DNA of 64,000 nt from Flavobacterium sp. (GTDB lineage Bacteria > Bacteroidota > Bacteroidia > Flavobacteriales > Flavobacteriaceae), in assembly GCA_043731625.1 (NCBI GenBank), contig JAYTIV010000073.1:227-64226 (forward strand). Reading direction: 5' to 3'. The notes under the pieces are model-generated. The model had not been told where the DNA came from and made no database searches. It worked only from the letters and a program-made list of their open reading frames with translations. Positions 29,718 to 39,528 of the stretch are shown here, one piece after another. The position numbers and the translations under genes are program-made. Positions within the stretch are counted from its first letter, which is position 1, and every line of letters begins with the position of its first letter.

Positions 29718-30650
29718 TCATTCGAGTGTTAAAGCACCTAATATTTCTTCACTCATAAAAGGACCACCAGGATATTTTGCAGTATAATCTAGATTCAACC
29801 ATATTTGACCTCTCTCGTCTTTATGATAATGTATTGTTTTTCCGTTGCTTTCTTCTACAAAAAGAATTTTTTTGATTAGATAATTGATAGTTTCTAAATC
29901 AACTTTGTTTCCAATAAGAATTTCAGGATAAATATGTCCACCGGTATGAATTAATCGTGGTGTTCCTCCAATAGATCGAATACAAGCAGCCATCAAAATT
30001 GAATGATCATCACAATCTCCAGAAAAATACCGCAACGATTCTGTAGCATTGGCAATATATTCTCTCCCTTTTGGATCATTAACATAATTCCATTTGGCAT
30101 TTATTTCTTTAAAAACGGCAAAACATTGAATAATAGTTCGGTATTTTGAATAGCCTCTAATTTCTTTAAAATCTTTATTCGTAGCCATCAAAGCAAAATC
30201 TCTAATTCTAGGATTTTCGAATTCAATTGCACTCAATATTTTTGATTTATTCGGAAAGGGTAGTAGCTTTGATAATATTAAATCTTGCGGATTTGGATTG
30301 TTTGACATAGAATAAACTATATTTCTATAATCATCATAGACACTACCAAACCCATAATTGTCTGAAATTGTTCCTATAACCAACGCAACCAAATACAAAG
30401 CAATACAAATAATAATAATGGTTCGTAAGAGTCTTAAAATCAATTGAATTATTATTAAAAGAATAACAAATATTACTACTCTATCGATATTAAAATACCA
30501 ATCAAAATCAATCAAATTTTGATGCACAATGATAAAAACAGGTATAGCAATAAGAATATTTAATGCAAAAATAATTACCGTATCCCAAGGTTTTTTGACT
30601 TGGAATTTATTTCTTAGGTGCTGTAATTTTTGAATTCCTGTTTTTATCAT
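29718..30650 (-). CDS. Membrane-anchored transglutaminase-like protein
   Basis: Three TMs followed by GDCDD, GHIYPE, WLNLD (Cys-His-Asp triad). Confidence 0.8.
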   Translation of the reverse strand: MIKTGIQKLQHLRNKFQVKKPWDTVIIFALNILIAIPVFIIVHQNLIDFDWYFNIDRVVIFVILLIIIQLILRLLRTIIIICIALYLVALVIGTISDNYGFGSVYDDYRNIVYSMSNNPNPQDLILSKLLPFPNKSKILSAIEFENPRIRDFALMATNKDFKEIRGYSKYRTIIQCFAVFKEINAKWNYVNDPKGREYIANATESLRYFSGDCDDHSILMAACIRSIGGTPRLIHTGGHIYPEILIGNKVDLETINYLIKKILFVEESNGKTIHYHKDERGQIWLNLDYTAKYPGGPFMSEEILGALTLE

Positions 30651-30670
30651 TTTAACGGAAACTGCAAAAA

Positions 30671-31522
30671 CTAGATTGCTTTTACAATTGTAGCAAAAGT
30701 ACCTTTTTTATCAATAATTTTGAGATCAAAGAGTTGATTTTGAATTTTGTTTAACATTTTTTCTGATAATGGCTTTTGTGACCATTGAGTTAATGATAAC
30801 CATTCTTGTATATCTGGTAGTTTTTGATGGTATTTTGATGCCAACATTTTATCGATATTAGGAAGCTCTTTAAATGTTGAAGTAGTTTGATTGATAATAG
30901 CTAGAATTTCTGCAATTTGATGGGGATATTTTTCAAGAATTTCATTTCGAACAGCAATAACAAAACAAGGCCAAGGAGTTGGACAATCGTCAATTCTTCT
31001 GAAAATTCCTTTATCTACTATGGGTTTTGTCATAAAATGTTCCCACATAAAATAATCTGCTGTGCCATTTGATAATGCTTCTACAGCACCATCTAAAGTA
31101 TTTACAATTTCAAATTGCAAAGAATTGGTATCCCAACCTTGTTTTTTGGCATTGACAATAGCCATCAAATGCGAACCTGAACCAAAACGGGATATCGCAA
31201 TTTTCTTGTTTTCAAGATCAGAAATGTATTCAAAACTAGATTTTGCAGCTACATGTATTCCCCAAATCAAAGGGCTTTCTACATATACTTGTACTATTTT
31301 TGAAGGATTGCCACTTACTATATCTTTTACTATACCTTCTGAAAGTATGACTGCCATATCTGCTTGATCATCACGAAGCATTTGACACATTTTTCCTGTT
31401 CCTTCAGGAATGTCTGTCCATTGCAAATTTATTCCTGCATTTTCAAACATTTTGGCTTCAATACTAAGATGCCATGGCAAATTAAAATGTTCAGGAACAC
31501 CAACTATTTTTATTGTTTTCAT
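30671..31522 (-). CDS. Type 2 periplasmic-binding-fold protein (SsuA/THI5-like, no signal peptide)
   Basis: GVPEHF, GTGKM, ISRFGSGSH, FMWEHFMTKP, TPWPCF. Confidence 0.75.
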   Translation of the reverse strand: MKTIKIVGVPEHFNLPWHLSIEAKMFENAGINLQWTDIPEGTGKMCQMLRDDQADMAVILSEGIVKDIVSGNPSKIVQVYVESPLIWGIHVAAKSSFEYISDLENKKIAISRFGSGSHLMAIVNAKKQGWDTNSLQFEIVNTLDGAVEALSNGTADYFMWEHFMTKPIVDKGIFRRIDDCPTPWPCFVIAVRNEILEKYPHQIAEILAIINQTTSTFKELPNIDKMLASKYHQKLPDIQEWLSLTQWSQKPLSEKMLNKIQNQLFDLKIIDKKGTFATIVKAI

Positions 31523-32052
31523 TTATTTGGATTTTCAATTTGCCACCATTTCCAATACACATTATCTTTATCTAAATAATCTTCCATAAAATTCATTCCA
31601 ACTTTTTGCAAAACATGATTAGACGCACCGTTTTCTGAGTGTGTGTAGGCATTCATTTTATCAATTTTCATTTGATTAAAACCATAATCCAACCAGAAAA
31701 CAGAAGCTTCTGTAGCAAAACCTTTGTTCCAGAATTTTTCACATAAACGATATCCATAATCATAAAAATTGGTGTTTCCGTTTTCTATATGGTCATTTAC
31801 AAATTTTATTCCTGTCCAACCTACAAAATCACCAGTTTCTTTGAGAATAGTAGCATAACGTCCAATATTATTTTCTGCATATTGCTTTTGTACATATTCA
31901 ATAACTTTGATGCTTTCGTCAATTATTTTTTCTGGAGTTTGCCATAAATATTTATGCACTTCTGGATTTTTATTCATTTCAAACATTTCTTGTGCATCAG
32001 ATAATTCTAATGGTCTAAGAATGAGTCGTTTTGTTTCTAGATGCAAATCCAT
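31519..32052 (-). CDS. GNAT acetyltransferase, RimJ/RimL family
   Basis: LETKRLILR, FWNKGFATEA, NGASNHVLQKVGM. Confidence 0.9.
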   Translation of the reverse strand: MDLHLETKRLILRPLELSDAQEMFEMNKNPEVHKYLWQTPEKIIDESIKVIEYVQKQYAENNIGRYATILKETGDFVGWTGIKFVNDHIENGNTNFYDYGYRLCEKFWNKGFATEASVFWLDYGFNQMKIDKMNAYTHSENGASNHVLQKVGMNFMEDYLDKDNVYWKWWQIENPNK

Positions 32053-32053
32053 A

Positions 32054-32431
32054 TTAATATGTTTTGAGATTTGAAATTATTATGCTAAAACCATCTGGGT
32101 CAAGAATTATTTTCCCGTTTTCATTCCAATATGGATTTTTAGATTGTATAAATTCGATTTTATTTTCTGCAATTCTTTTGATAATAGCATTATAATCTAT
32201 TGCATTTTCTGGGTAGAAAACCAAATAATCTTCAGTTCCAAAATTAAAATTTATAATTTCTTTAGATTTTGTAAATTCTAAATGCCAATTTTCATTAGGT
32301 TTTCCAATAAATAGACCGTTATAATTATTATGATTTTCAAAATTACCAAGCAATTCAAACCCTAATACATCTATGTAAAACGATTTTATTTTAACTAAAT
32401 TGTTGGTGTGTCTTGCAAATCTATAGGTCAT
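32054..32431 (-). CDS. VOC/glyoxalase family protein (YycE-like)
   Basis: RFARHT, WHLEFT, NPYW...DPDG. Confidence 0.8.
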   Translation of the reverse strand: MTYRFARHTNNLVKIKSFYIDVLGFELLGNFENHNNYNGLFIGKPNENWHLEFTKSKEIINFNFGTEDYLVFYPENAIDYNAIIKRIAENKIEFIQSKNPYWNENGKIILDPDGFSIIISNLKTY

Positions 32432-32441
32432 AGTTTACGAT

Positions 32442-32520
32442 TTAGCCCCGATAGAAGTGAAAATCCTTTTTTGAGGTACGAAAAAAAGATTGCAACAAAT
32501 AGCGGGAAATAGCTTCAAAA
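32442..32520 (+). repeat. Dispersed structured repeat, Flavo-1 RNA-like (copy 1)
   Basis: TTAGCCCCGATAG.AGTG.AAATCCTTTT...AAAAGATTGCAAC.AATAGCGGGAAATAGCTTC is shared with 43296-43397; the Flavo-1 label is from recollection, not a search. Confidence 0.6.
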
Positions 32521-32521
32521 A

Positions 32522-33388
32522 TTATTTAGATAACTTATCCAAGGTATACGCAATTAACTCATCAACAGCTTTGTATGGATCTTCACTAAAAGTTCCTGAA
32601 GCACGATTAGCAATTATAGCATTTAGGGATAATGCATTATGACCTAATAGCGAGCAAAGACCATAAATTGCTGCAGTTTCCATTTCTAGATTTGTAATTC
32701 TATTATCTTGAAAAGTGAAAGTATCCATTTTAGAATTTAAGTTTTCATCCTGAATATTCAAGCGCAAGACTCTACCTTGTGGACCATAAAATCCTCCAGC
32801 TGTAGCTGTAATTCCTTTGTGCATTCTTTCGCTTTCAATGCGTTTTTCTAGAGTTGGAGAACAAGCAATTACATAGGGACGACCTTTTTTTGCATCCCAA
32901 TTAGTATGCGAAATAAAAGCACTTTCCATTTCTGGATTAGATACTTCGTCAATCAAATAGGAGCGAAGCATATTGTCTAATCCTAACCCAAATTTTGACA
33001 TCACAAAACTATCCACAGGAATATCAGCTTGTAAAGAACCAGAAGTTCCGATTCTAATAATATTTAATTGAATCGGATTTTCTTTTGGTTTTCTGGTTTG
33101 CAAATCAATATTGACTAAAGCATCCAATTCGTTGATGACAATATCAATATTATCTGGTCCAATTCCGGTAGACATTACCGTAATTCTTTTTCCTTTGAAA
33201 AGACCCGTTTGCGTTTTGAATTCTCTTTTTTGAGTAGAAAATTCAATACTATCAAAAAACTGAGTTATTTTTTCAACTCTATTTTGGTCACCAACAAAAA
33301 TAATGTCGTGAGCTATATTTTCTGGAAGTAGGTTTAAGTGATAAACACTTCCGTCGGGATTTAATATTAATTCTGATGATTGTATCAT
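32522..33388 (-). CDS. Nucleoside (uridine) phosphorylase
   Basis: GSVYHL, GDQNRV, STGIG, RIGTSG, GFYGPQGR, NLEMET. Confidence 0.9.
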   Translation of the reverse strand: MIQSSELILNPDGSVYHLNLLPENIAHDIIFVGDQNRVEKITQFFDSIEFSTQKREFKTQTGLFKGKRITVMSTGIGPDNIDIVINELDALVNIDLQTRKPKENPIQLNIIRIGTSGSLQADIPVDSFVMSKFGLGLDNMLRSYLIDEVSNPEMESAFISHTNWDAKKGRPYVIACSPTLEKRIESERMHKGITATAGGFYGPQGRVLRLNIQDENLNSKMDTFTFQDNRITNLEMETAAIYGLCSLLGHNALSLNAIIANRASGTFSEDPYKAVDELIAYTLDKLSK

Positions 33389-33430
33389 TTTGTTTTTTTA
33401 ATTGATAATGAATATTGGATAATGAAACAA

Positions 33431-33760
33431 TTATCCTCCTACACGTTTTACTTTGAAACCTTTTTCTTTAAGTATTGTCATGATTTTATCTCGGTAATCA
33501 CCTTGAATGATTATGGCATCTTCCTTAAAAGTTCCTCCAACACTTAATTTGGTTTTTAATTCTTTGGCAAGAAGTTTAAAGTCTTCATCTGTACCAGTAT
33601 AACCTTCAATGATTGTGGTGGGTTTTCCTTTTCGTTTTTCATATTTGCAAATCATGGGCTCATCTTGAATCCAAATAGTTGTTTTTTCTTCAACAATTTC
33701 GGGTTCATTAGACTCAATATGATCTGGAAATAAATTTTTTAGTTGGTCTTGTAAGTCCAT
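33431..33760 (-). CDS. Translation initiation factor SUI1/YciH
   Basis: KRKGKPTTII, LKTKLSVGGT, IQGD; start reassigned to MDLQDQ. Confidence 0.9.
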   Translation of the reverse strand: MDLQDQLKNLFPDHIESNEPEIVEEKTTIWIQDEPMICKYEKRKGKPTTIIEGYTGTDEDFKLLAKELKTKLSVGGTFKEDAIIIQGDYRDKIMTILKEKGFKVKRVGG

Positions 33761-33773
33761 ATAAATTTTATTT

Positions 33774-33837
33774 ACCATTAAGACATTAAGGTTCATTAAG
33801 AAGTATTTATCTCAATGAACCTTAATATCTTAATGGT
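33774..33837. repeat. REP-like palindrome, ACCATTAAG family (copy 1)
   Basis: ACCATTAAGACATTAAGGTTCATT...AATGAACCTTAATATCTTAATGGT; related copy at 41644-41707. Confidence 0.75.
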
Positions 33838-33880
33838 TTAGAAATTAAAAAAACAAAATGAAAGTTTTTCTAATATTCAT

Positions 33881-34831
33881 TTATTTTTTAATTAAACCCA
33901 AATCAACCAATCTTTCATACAAGAATTCACCTGCAGAAATATCATCATATAATTTAGGATTATCTTGGTTTACACAATTTTCTAGAACGTCCAGACGCAT
34001 ATCACTTACTGGATGCATAAAAAACGGAATAGAATAGCGTGATGTTCTCCATAATTCTCTAGGAGGATTGACCACTTGGTGTATTGTTGATTTTAATTTG
34101 TTGTTGGTATGTCTAGACAACATATCACCAACATTTATCACTAATTCATCTGGTTCTGCAATAGCGTCAATCCATTCGCCATCATGGTTTTTTACTTGTA
34201 AACCTTTTCCTTGTGCTCCCATCAAAAGTGTGATTAAATTAATATCACCGTGAGCAGCTGCTCGAATGGCATTTTCTGGTTCTGAAGTAATTGGTGGATA
34301 GTGAATTGGTCTTAAAATAGAATTTCCTTCATAACCATATTTATCAAAATAAAACTCATCTAAACCAAGATGCAAGGCCAAAGCACGCAATACATAAATA
34401 CCTGTTTTTTCAAGCATTTTATAGGCTTCTTTACCAGCAACATTAAACTTAGGTAATTCTTTAACTTCTACGTTTTCAGGATATTCTGCAGCATATTTTG
34501 AATCTTTGTCAACATATTGACCAAAGTGCCAAAACTCTTTCAAATCTCCTTCTTTTTTGCCTTTTGCATGTTCTTTACCAAACGAAACATAACCACGTTG
34601 CCCTCCAATTCCTGGAATTTCATAACTGTATTTTGTTTCTAATGGCAAAGAGAAGAAATTTCTAATTTCTCCATATAATTCTCCTACCAATTGGTCATCT
34701 AAAAAGTGACCTTTAAGTGCTACGAAGCCAATGTCTTCAAAAGCTTTTCCGATTTCATTTACAAATTTTTGTTTACGTTTCGGGTCATCCGAAAGGAAAT
34801 CACGCAAGTCAACACTAGGAATGTTTTGCAT
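33881..34831 (-). CDS. Isopenicillin N synthase family 2OG/Fe(II) oxygenase
   Basis: HGD...H facial triad (AAHGDIN, STIHQV), RYSIPFF. Confidence 0.9.
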   Translation of the reverse strand: MQNIPSVDLRDFLSDDPKRKQKFVNEIGKAFEDIGFVALKGHFLDDQLVGELYGEIRNFFSLPLETKYSYEIPGIGGQRGYVSFGKEHAKGKKEGDLKEFWHFGQYVDKDSKYAAEYPENVEVKELPKFNVAGKEAYKMLEKTGIYVLRALALHLGLDEFYFDKYGYEGNSILRPIHYPPITSEPENAIRAAAHGDINLITLLMGAQGKGLQVKNHDGEWIDAIAEPDELVINVGDMLSRHTNNKLKSTIHQVVNPPRELWRTSRYSIPFFMHPVSDMRLDVLENCVNQDNPKLYDDISAGEFLYERLVDLGLIKK

Positions 34832-35010
34832 ACTAAATATTTTTTGTTAATAACTTAAAGTTTGTTAACTCTTGTTAATACAAATGTAAATAATAATTTT
34901 AAATCTTAATTTCAAAAGTTATCAACAATTCAAAAAAAGCCAAGATTTTAAGGTCATCCTGTTATTTTTTTATACTTTTGAGGAGTTTTAATCATACTAT
35001 TGTACAATCA

Positions 35011-36987
35011 ATGAATTTTGAAAGAAAAAGCCTTACCGACAATCAATTACTAGATTTATATAAAAGGTTACTAAAACCAAGACTTATAGAAGAAAAAATG
35101 CTCATCTTGATTCGTCAAGGAAAAGTATCTAAATGGTTTTCAGGAATAGGACAAGAAGCTATCTCGGTTGGAGTTACAGCAGTTTTAGATAAAGACGAAT
35201 ATATCCTACCTATGCATCGAAATCTTGGCGTTTTTACAGGAAGAGATATACCTCTATACCGCCTTTTTTCACAATGGCAAGGAAAATCCAATGGTTTTAC
35301 TAAAGGTAGAGACAGAAGTTTTCATTTTGGAACTCAGCAATATAAAATTATTGGAATGATTTCGCATTTAGGACCACAATTAGGTGTTGCCGACGGAATA
35401 GCATTGGCCAATAAACTCAAAAAAAATGGTAAAGTTACTGCTGTTTTTACTGGTGAAGGAGCAACAAGCGAAGGCGATTTTCATGAAGCACTTAATATAG
35501 CTTCGGTTTGGGATTTACCTGTATTGTTTGTCATAGAAAATAACGGTTATGGTCTGTCAACTCCTACAAATGAGCAATATCGTTGTGAAAATTTGGCTGA
35601 TAAAGGAGTAGGATATGGTATGGAAAGTCATATTATAGATGGGAATAATATTTTAGAAGTTTTTACAGAATTGACCGATATTGTTGCGTCGATGAAAATA
35701 AGACCTCGTCCTGTTTTACTAGAATTTAAAACGTTCAGAATGAGAGGTCATGAGGAAGCAAGTGGTACCAAATATGTTCCTCAAGAATTGATGGATATGT
35801 GGGCAGAAAAAGATCCGGTAGATACTTACAAAAGATATTTAATCAAACAAAATATTCTTACTGTTGCACAAGATGAAGCCTGGAAAACTGAAATTAAAAA
35901 AGAAATTGATGATAACTTGCTCATTGCTAATACCGAAGCAGAAATTGAAGCAAGCTATGAAGAAGAATTGAATGATGTCTATAAACCTTATGATTTTGAA
36001 TTGGTTAACCATTCAGATGATTTTGAAAACATTCGTTTTGTTGATGCTATATCTCAAGGATTAAAACAATCGATGGAACGCCATGATAATTTAGTTATAA
36101 TGGGTCAAGATATCGCTGAATATGGTGGAGCATTCAAAATTACTGATGGATTTGTTGATCTTTTTGGAAAAGAAAGAGTTATCAATACTCCAATTTGCGA
36201 AAGTGCTGTAGTTTCTGCCGGAATGGGATTATCTATTAATGGATATAAAGCAATTGTAGAAATGCAATTTGCTGATTTTGTTTCTACTGGTTTTAATCCA
36301 ATTGTAAATTATTTAGCAAAAGTACACTATCGTTGGCAAGAAAAAGCCGATGTTGTGATACGTATGCCTTGCGGTGGTGGTACTCAAGCTGGTCCATTTC
36401 ATTCACAAACAAACGAAGCTTGGTTTACAAAAACACCAGGACTAAAAGTAGTGTATCCAGCATTTCCTTATGATGCCAAAGGATTATTAGCTACCTCTAT
36501 AAACGATCCTAATCCCGTTTTGTTTTTTGAACACAAACAATTATACCGTAGTGTTTATCAAGATGTTCCAAAAGAATATTATACTATACCATTAGGAAAA
36601 GCAGTGCTTTTACGAGAAGGAACACAAATTACCATTCTTGCTTTTGGTGCAGCTGTTCATTGGGCATTGGAAACATTAGATAAAAACACCCAAGTTTCTG
36701 CAGATGTCATTGATTTAAGAACGTTACAACCCTTAGACAAGGAAACTATTTATAAATCAGTAAAAAAGACAAACAAAGTAATAATACTACAAGAAGATAG
36801 CTTATTTGGAGGAATTGCCAGTGATATATCTGCAATGATTATGGAGGATTGTTTTGAATATCTAGACGGTCCTGTAAAACGTGTTGCAAGTTTAGACAGC
36901 CCAATTCCTTTTACAAAAGCTTTAGAAGATCAATATTTATCCAAAGGTAGGTTTGAAGATGTCTTAAAAGAATTAATACGATATTAA
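35011..36987 (+). CDS. 2-oxoacid (likely branched-chain) dehydrogenase E1, fused alpha/beta
   Basis: GEGATSEGDFHE...NN TPP motif, RMRGH, EMQFADF, GPFHSQ; start at ATG 35011. Confidence 0.9.
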   Translation: MNFERKSLTDNQLLDLYKRLLKPRLIEEKMLILIRQGKVSKWFSGIGQEAISVGVTAVLDKDEYILPMHRNLGVFTGRDIPLYRLFSQWQGKSNGFTKGRDRSFHFGTQQYKIIGMISHLGPQLGVADGIALANKLKKNGKVTAVFTGEGATSEGDFHEALNIASVWDLPVLFVIENNGYGLSTPTNEQYRCENLADKGVGYGMESHIIDGNNILEVFTELTDIVASMKIRPRPVLLEFKTFRMRGHEEASGTKYVPQELMDMWAEKDPVDTYKRYLIKQNILTVAQDEAWKTEIKKEIDDNLLIANTEAEIEASYEEELNDVYKPYDFELVNHSDDFENIRFVDAISQGLKQSMERHDNLVIMGQDIAEYGGAFKITDGFVDLFGKERVINTPICESAVVSAGMGLSINGYKAIVEMQFADFVSTGFNPIVNYLAKVHYRWQEKADVVIRMPCGGGTQAGPFHSQTNEAWFTKTPGLKVVYPAFPYDAKGLLATSINDPNPVLFFEHKQLYRSVYQDVPKEYYTIPLGKAVLLREGTQITILAFGAAVHWALETLDKNTQVSADVIDLRTLQPLDKETIYKSVKKTNKVIILQEDSLFGGIASDISAMIMEDCFEYLDGPVKRVASLDSPIPFTKALEDQYLSKGRFEDVLKELIRY

Positions 36988-37008
36988 ATAAAGAATATTT
37001 ACTTGAAT

Positions 37009-37040
37009 AAAATGGTACTTTTTTAAGTACCATTTTTTTT
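37009..37040 (+). terminator. Intrinsic terminator
   Basis: AAAATGGTACTT-TTTT-AAGTACCATTTT followed by a T run. Confidence 0.8.
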
Positions 37041-37262
37041 TATTTAAAAAAATCAAAAACTAAATTAATGTGAATTTAGCAATAAAATTTAATTAAAATT
37101 AACAATAAATTTTGATTTTTAATAGTAACTTTACTATAGCGATTTTACTCTAATGTATTAATTTTAAGATTAATATAAAAATTAACTAATATAAGGGGAA
37201 GTAATTTAGATGCCTTAAATTATTATTTATTAACTGGAATTTTAATTTAAAAACTATGTATT

Positions 37263-37802
37263 ATGAAATCATTTGTTATGTTGCTAATTGTAATGGGGTT
37301 ATTTTTTCCTTCTTATTCTCAAGTTAAAAAAGAAGAAGGAAAAGATGAAGGTTTGAAAATGGAAGAATTACCCGAAATTGTAATTAAAAGAGCCGGAAAA
37401 GATTTCTCTATTTATTTGCCAGATAAAAACATTGATAAAAATGTTCGACAATTGGAAGAAAAATTTATTTCCTATGATCTCGGTAAAGATTATGAAGGAT
37501 ATGAAAACTATTTAGTTGTAATGGAACTACCAAAAAGTACTTTATCTGCAACTTATAATTCTGAAGGTAAATTAATCGATGTAGTTGAGAATTATGAAAA
37601 CGTAAGATTACCTGCAAAAGTTATTTACTCTGTTTATAAAGCCTATCCAGATTGGAAAATTGTAAAAGATAAATTTCTTTACACACAAAAAGACGGAGAT
37701 GTTATCAAGAAAGAATACAATCTTAAAATAAAAAAAGATAAAAAAACAAAAAATTTAACCGTTAATCCAGAAGGAACAATTCTTAAAGATTGTTGTGATT
37801 AA
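37263..37802 (+). CDS. Exported hypothetical protein (PepSY/BLIP-like beta fold), paralog 1
   Basis: Signal peptide; ELPEIVIK, Y.LGKDYEGYEN, LP.KVIY.VYKAYP.W shared with 38158-38697. Confidence 0.7.
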   Translation: MKSFVMLLIVMGLFFPSYSQVKKEEGKDEGLKMEELPEIVIKRAGKDFSIYLPDKNIDKNVRQLEEKFISYDLGKDYEGYENYLVVMELPKSTLSATYNSEGKLIDVVENYENVRLPAKVIYSVYKAYPDWKIVKDKFLYTQKDGDVIKKEYNLKIKKDKKTKNLTVNPEGTILKDCCD

Positions 37803-37818
37803 TTTAAAATAAATTATT

Positions 37819-37850
37819 AAAGCTTGAAATTAATTTTTCAAGCTTTTTTT
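37819..37850 (+). terminator. Intrinsic terminator
   Basis: AAAGCTTGAAA...TTTCAAGCTTT followed by Ts. Confidence 0.75.
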
Positions 37851-38157
37851 AATAAAGCTATTAAATTTATTTAATAACCTCGGAAATTTAAAATCATTTT
37901 AAAGAACAAGTTGCATTCAAAAATTACTTATTAACACATTAATAATATTAAGATTTAATTAACAAATACACTTTTTAAAATGATTAATTTTATAATAGAA
38001 TTACAATAAGCACAAACCTAAACAATTCTTTATTAATTTTTTAAAGTTAAATAATGGAGATGATTCAAATTAATAAAAAGGGGAAGCAATTATAAACCTT
38101 TATGATTTATCTGACTATTTAAAGTTCAATTTATATATTAATTTAATAAAGAATATC

Positions 38158-38697
38158 ATGAAAACATTTAGTATAATTTTAATTTTTCTGGGCATGTTAA
38201 CCACCTCATATTCGCAAGAAGAAATCAAGAATGATTTAGATAATGAAGTTCTAAAAATGGATGAGTTACCAGAAATTGTAATTAAAAGTGTTGGCAAAGA
38301 TTTTTCTGTGTATTTGCCTGATAAAAATCCAGACAATAAAGTGAAAAATTTACAGCAAAAGTTTATTGCTTACAATCTTGGAAAAGATTATGAAGGATAT
38401 GAGAATTTTTTAGTTGTTATGGAAACCAATGATGGCTCACTAACAGCTTCTTATAATTCAAATGGAAAATTGACTCGAGTAATTGAGAAATATCAAAACG
38501 TAAAACTACCAAGTAAAGTTATTTATGCTGTATATAAAGCTTATCCAGGATGGCAATTAGTAAATGATAAGTTTTTGTATACTCAAGAAGATGGCGATAT
38601 TATTAAAAAACAATATCAAATAAAGATTAAAAAAGATAATGAAACACGCAAATTAGTTATACATCCAAATGGAGATTTTATCAAAGACCTTAACTAA
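38158..38697 (+). CDS. Exported hypothetical protein (PepSY/BLIP-like beta fold), paralog 2
   Basis: 179 aa, collinear with 37263-37802. Confidence 0.7.
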   Translation: MKTFSIILIFLGMLTTSYSQEEIKNDLDNEVLKMDELPEIVIKSVGKDFSVYLPDKNPDNKVKNLQQKFIAYNLGKDYEGYENFLVVMETNDGSLTASYNSNGKLTRVIEKYQNVKLPSKVIYAVYKAYPGWQLVNDKFLYTQEDGDIIKKQYQIKIKKDNETRKLVIHPNGDFIKDLN

Positions 38698-38730
38698 TAA
38701 TTTGAAATTAATTATAACAAATAATAAAAC

Positions 38731-38769
38731 AAAAAAGGATTTAGTATTAAAAATATTAAATCCTTTTTT
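38731..38769. terminator. Bidirectional intrinsic terminator
   Basis: AAAAAAGGATTT...AAATCCTTTTTT between convergent genes. Confidence 0.8.
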
Positions 38770-38776
38770 AATTTAT

Positions 38777-39526
38777 TTAATACTTTCCATTTAATAATTC
38801 GCCTCCAATAATAGATTTAGTCTCCAATCCCAATTTTTTCATCATTTCAAAAGTGGTGCAAACTGCTGCAGATGTAACTGGAATGCCACATTCAGCTTGT
38901 ATTAGATCAATTGCTTCTAAAGATGGCATTTGTACACAAGCAGATACTACAAGTACATCTACATCTGTCAAATCTAATTGTTTGTATATTTCTAACAAAT
39001 TCATTGGGTTTTGATCCGCAACTTCTAGATTGTCAGGTATTTCCAATGCAATACTTTCTTTAACTTTTATTCCTTGGTTTTCTATATAATCCACAACCAT
39101 ATCGGTTAATGGTCTCATATAAGGTGTTATAATCGAAATTTGTTTGGCGCCAAGAACTTTCAAACCATTTATTAAAGCACCAGCTGATGTTACAATTGGT
39201 GTAGGGAAATCGTTGGCAATAGTTTCCTGATGCAAGTTTACTTCTGAAACACAATGATATCCTCTACCCATACTCATTATAGCAACCAAACACGCATAAC
39301 CCATAACATCAACGTGAGCATCTGATAATTCTTGAGCACATTTGAGACTCATTGCATCCATTGCTTTGAGTTCTTCTTTGGTTACTTTTTTCATTCGCAT
39401 TCTACTGGAATGAAACGTAAATCGTTCTGGTAAAATGGTTTCTCTGGCTCTAAAAATAGCTGGTATTTCGGTTTCCATTGTAACGTTTGATGATGGAACT
39501 ATTTGACCTATTCTGTATTTTTTCAT
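38777..39526 (-). CDS. maiA: Maleate cis-trans isomerase
   Basis: RIGQIVPSSN.TMETEIP; both catalytic cysteines present (YACLVAIM, SACVQMPSL). Confidence 0.9.
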   Translation of the reverse strand: MKKYRIGQIVPSSNVTMETEIPAIFRARETILPERFTFHSSRMRMKKVTKEELKAMDAMSLKCAQELSDAHVDVMGYACLVAIMSMGRGYHCVSEVNLHQETIANDFPTPIVTSAGALINGLKVLGAKQISIITPYMRPLTDMVVDYIENQGIKVKESIALEIPDNLEVADQNPMNLLEIYKQLDLTDVDVLVVSACVQMPSLEAIDLIQAECGIPVTSAAVCTTFEMMKKLGLETKSIIGGELLNGKY

Positions 39527-39528
39527 GT

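Noticed and set aside
33881-34831. Beta-lactam biosynthesis suggested by the IPNS-family gene
   Set aside because: No NRPS or tailoring genes; it sits among housekeeping genes
34844-34878. Three TTGTTAA direct repeats upstream of the oxygenase, also seen inverted near 37099 and 37959
   Set aside because: Short AT-rich word with irregular spacing in very AT-rich DNA; chance cannot be excluded
35011-36987. E1 alpha/beta fusion
   Set aside because: A common arrangement in Bacteroidota, not unusual
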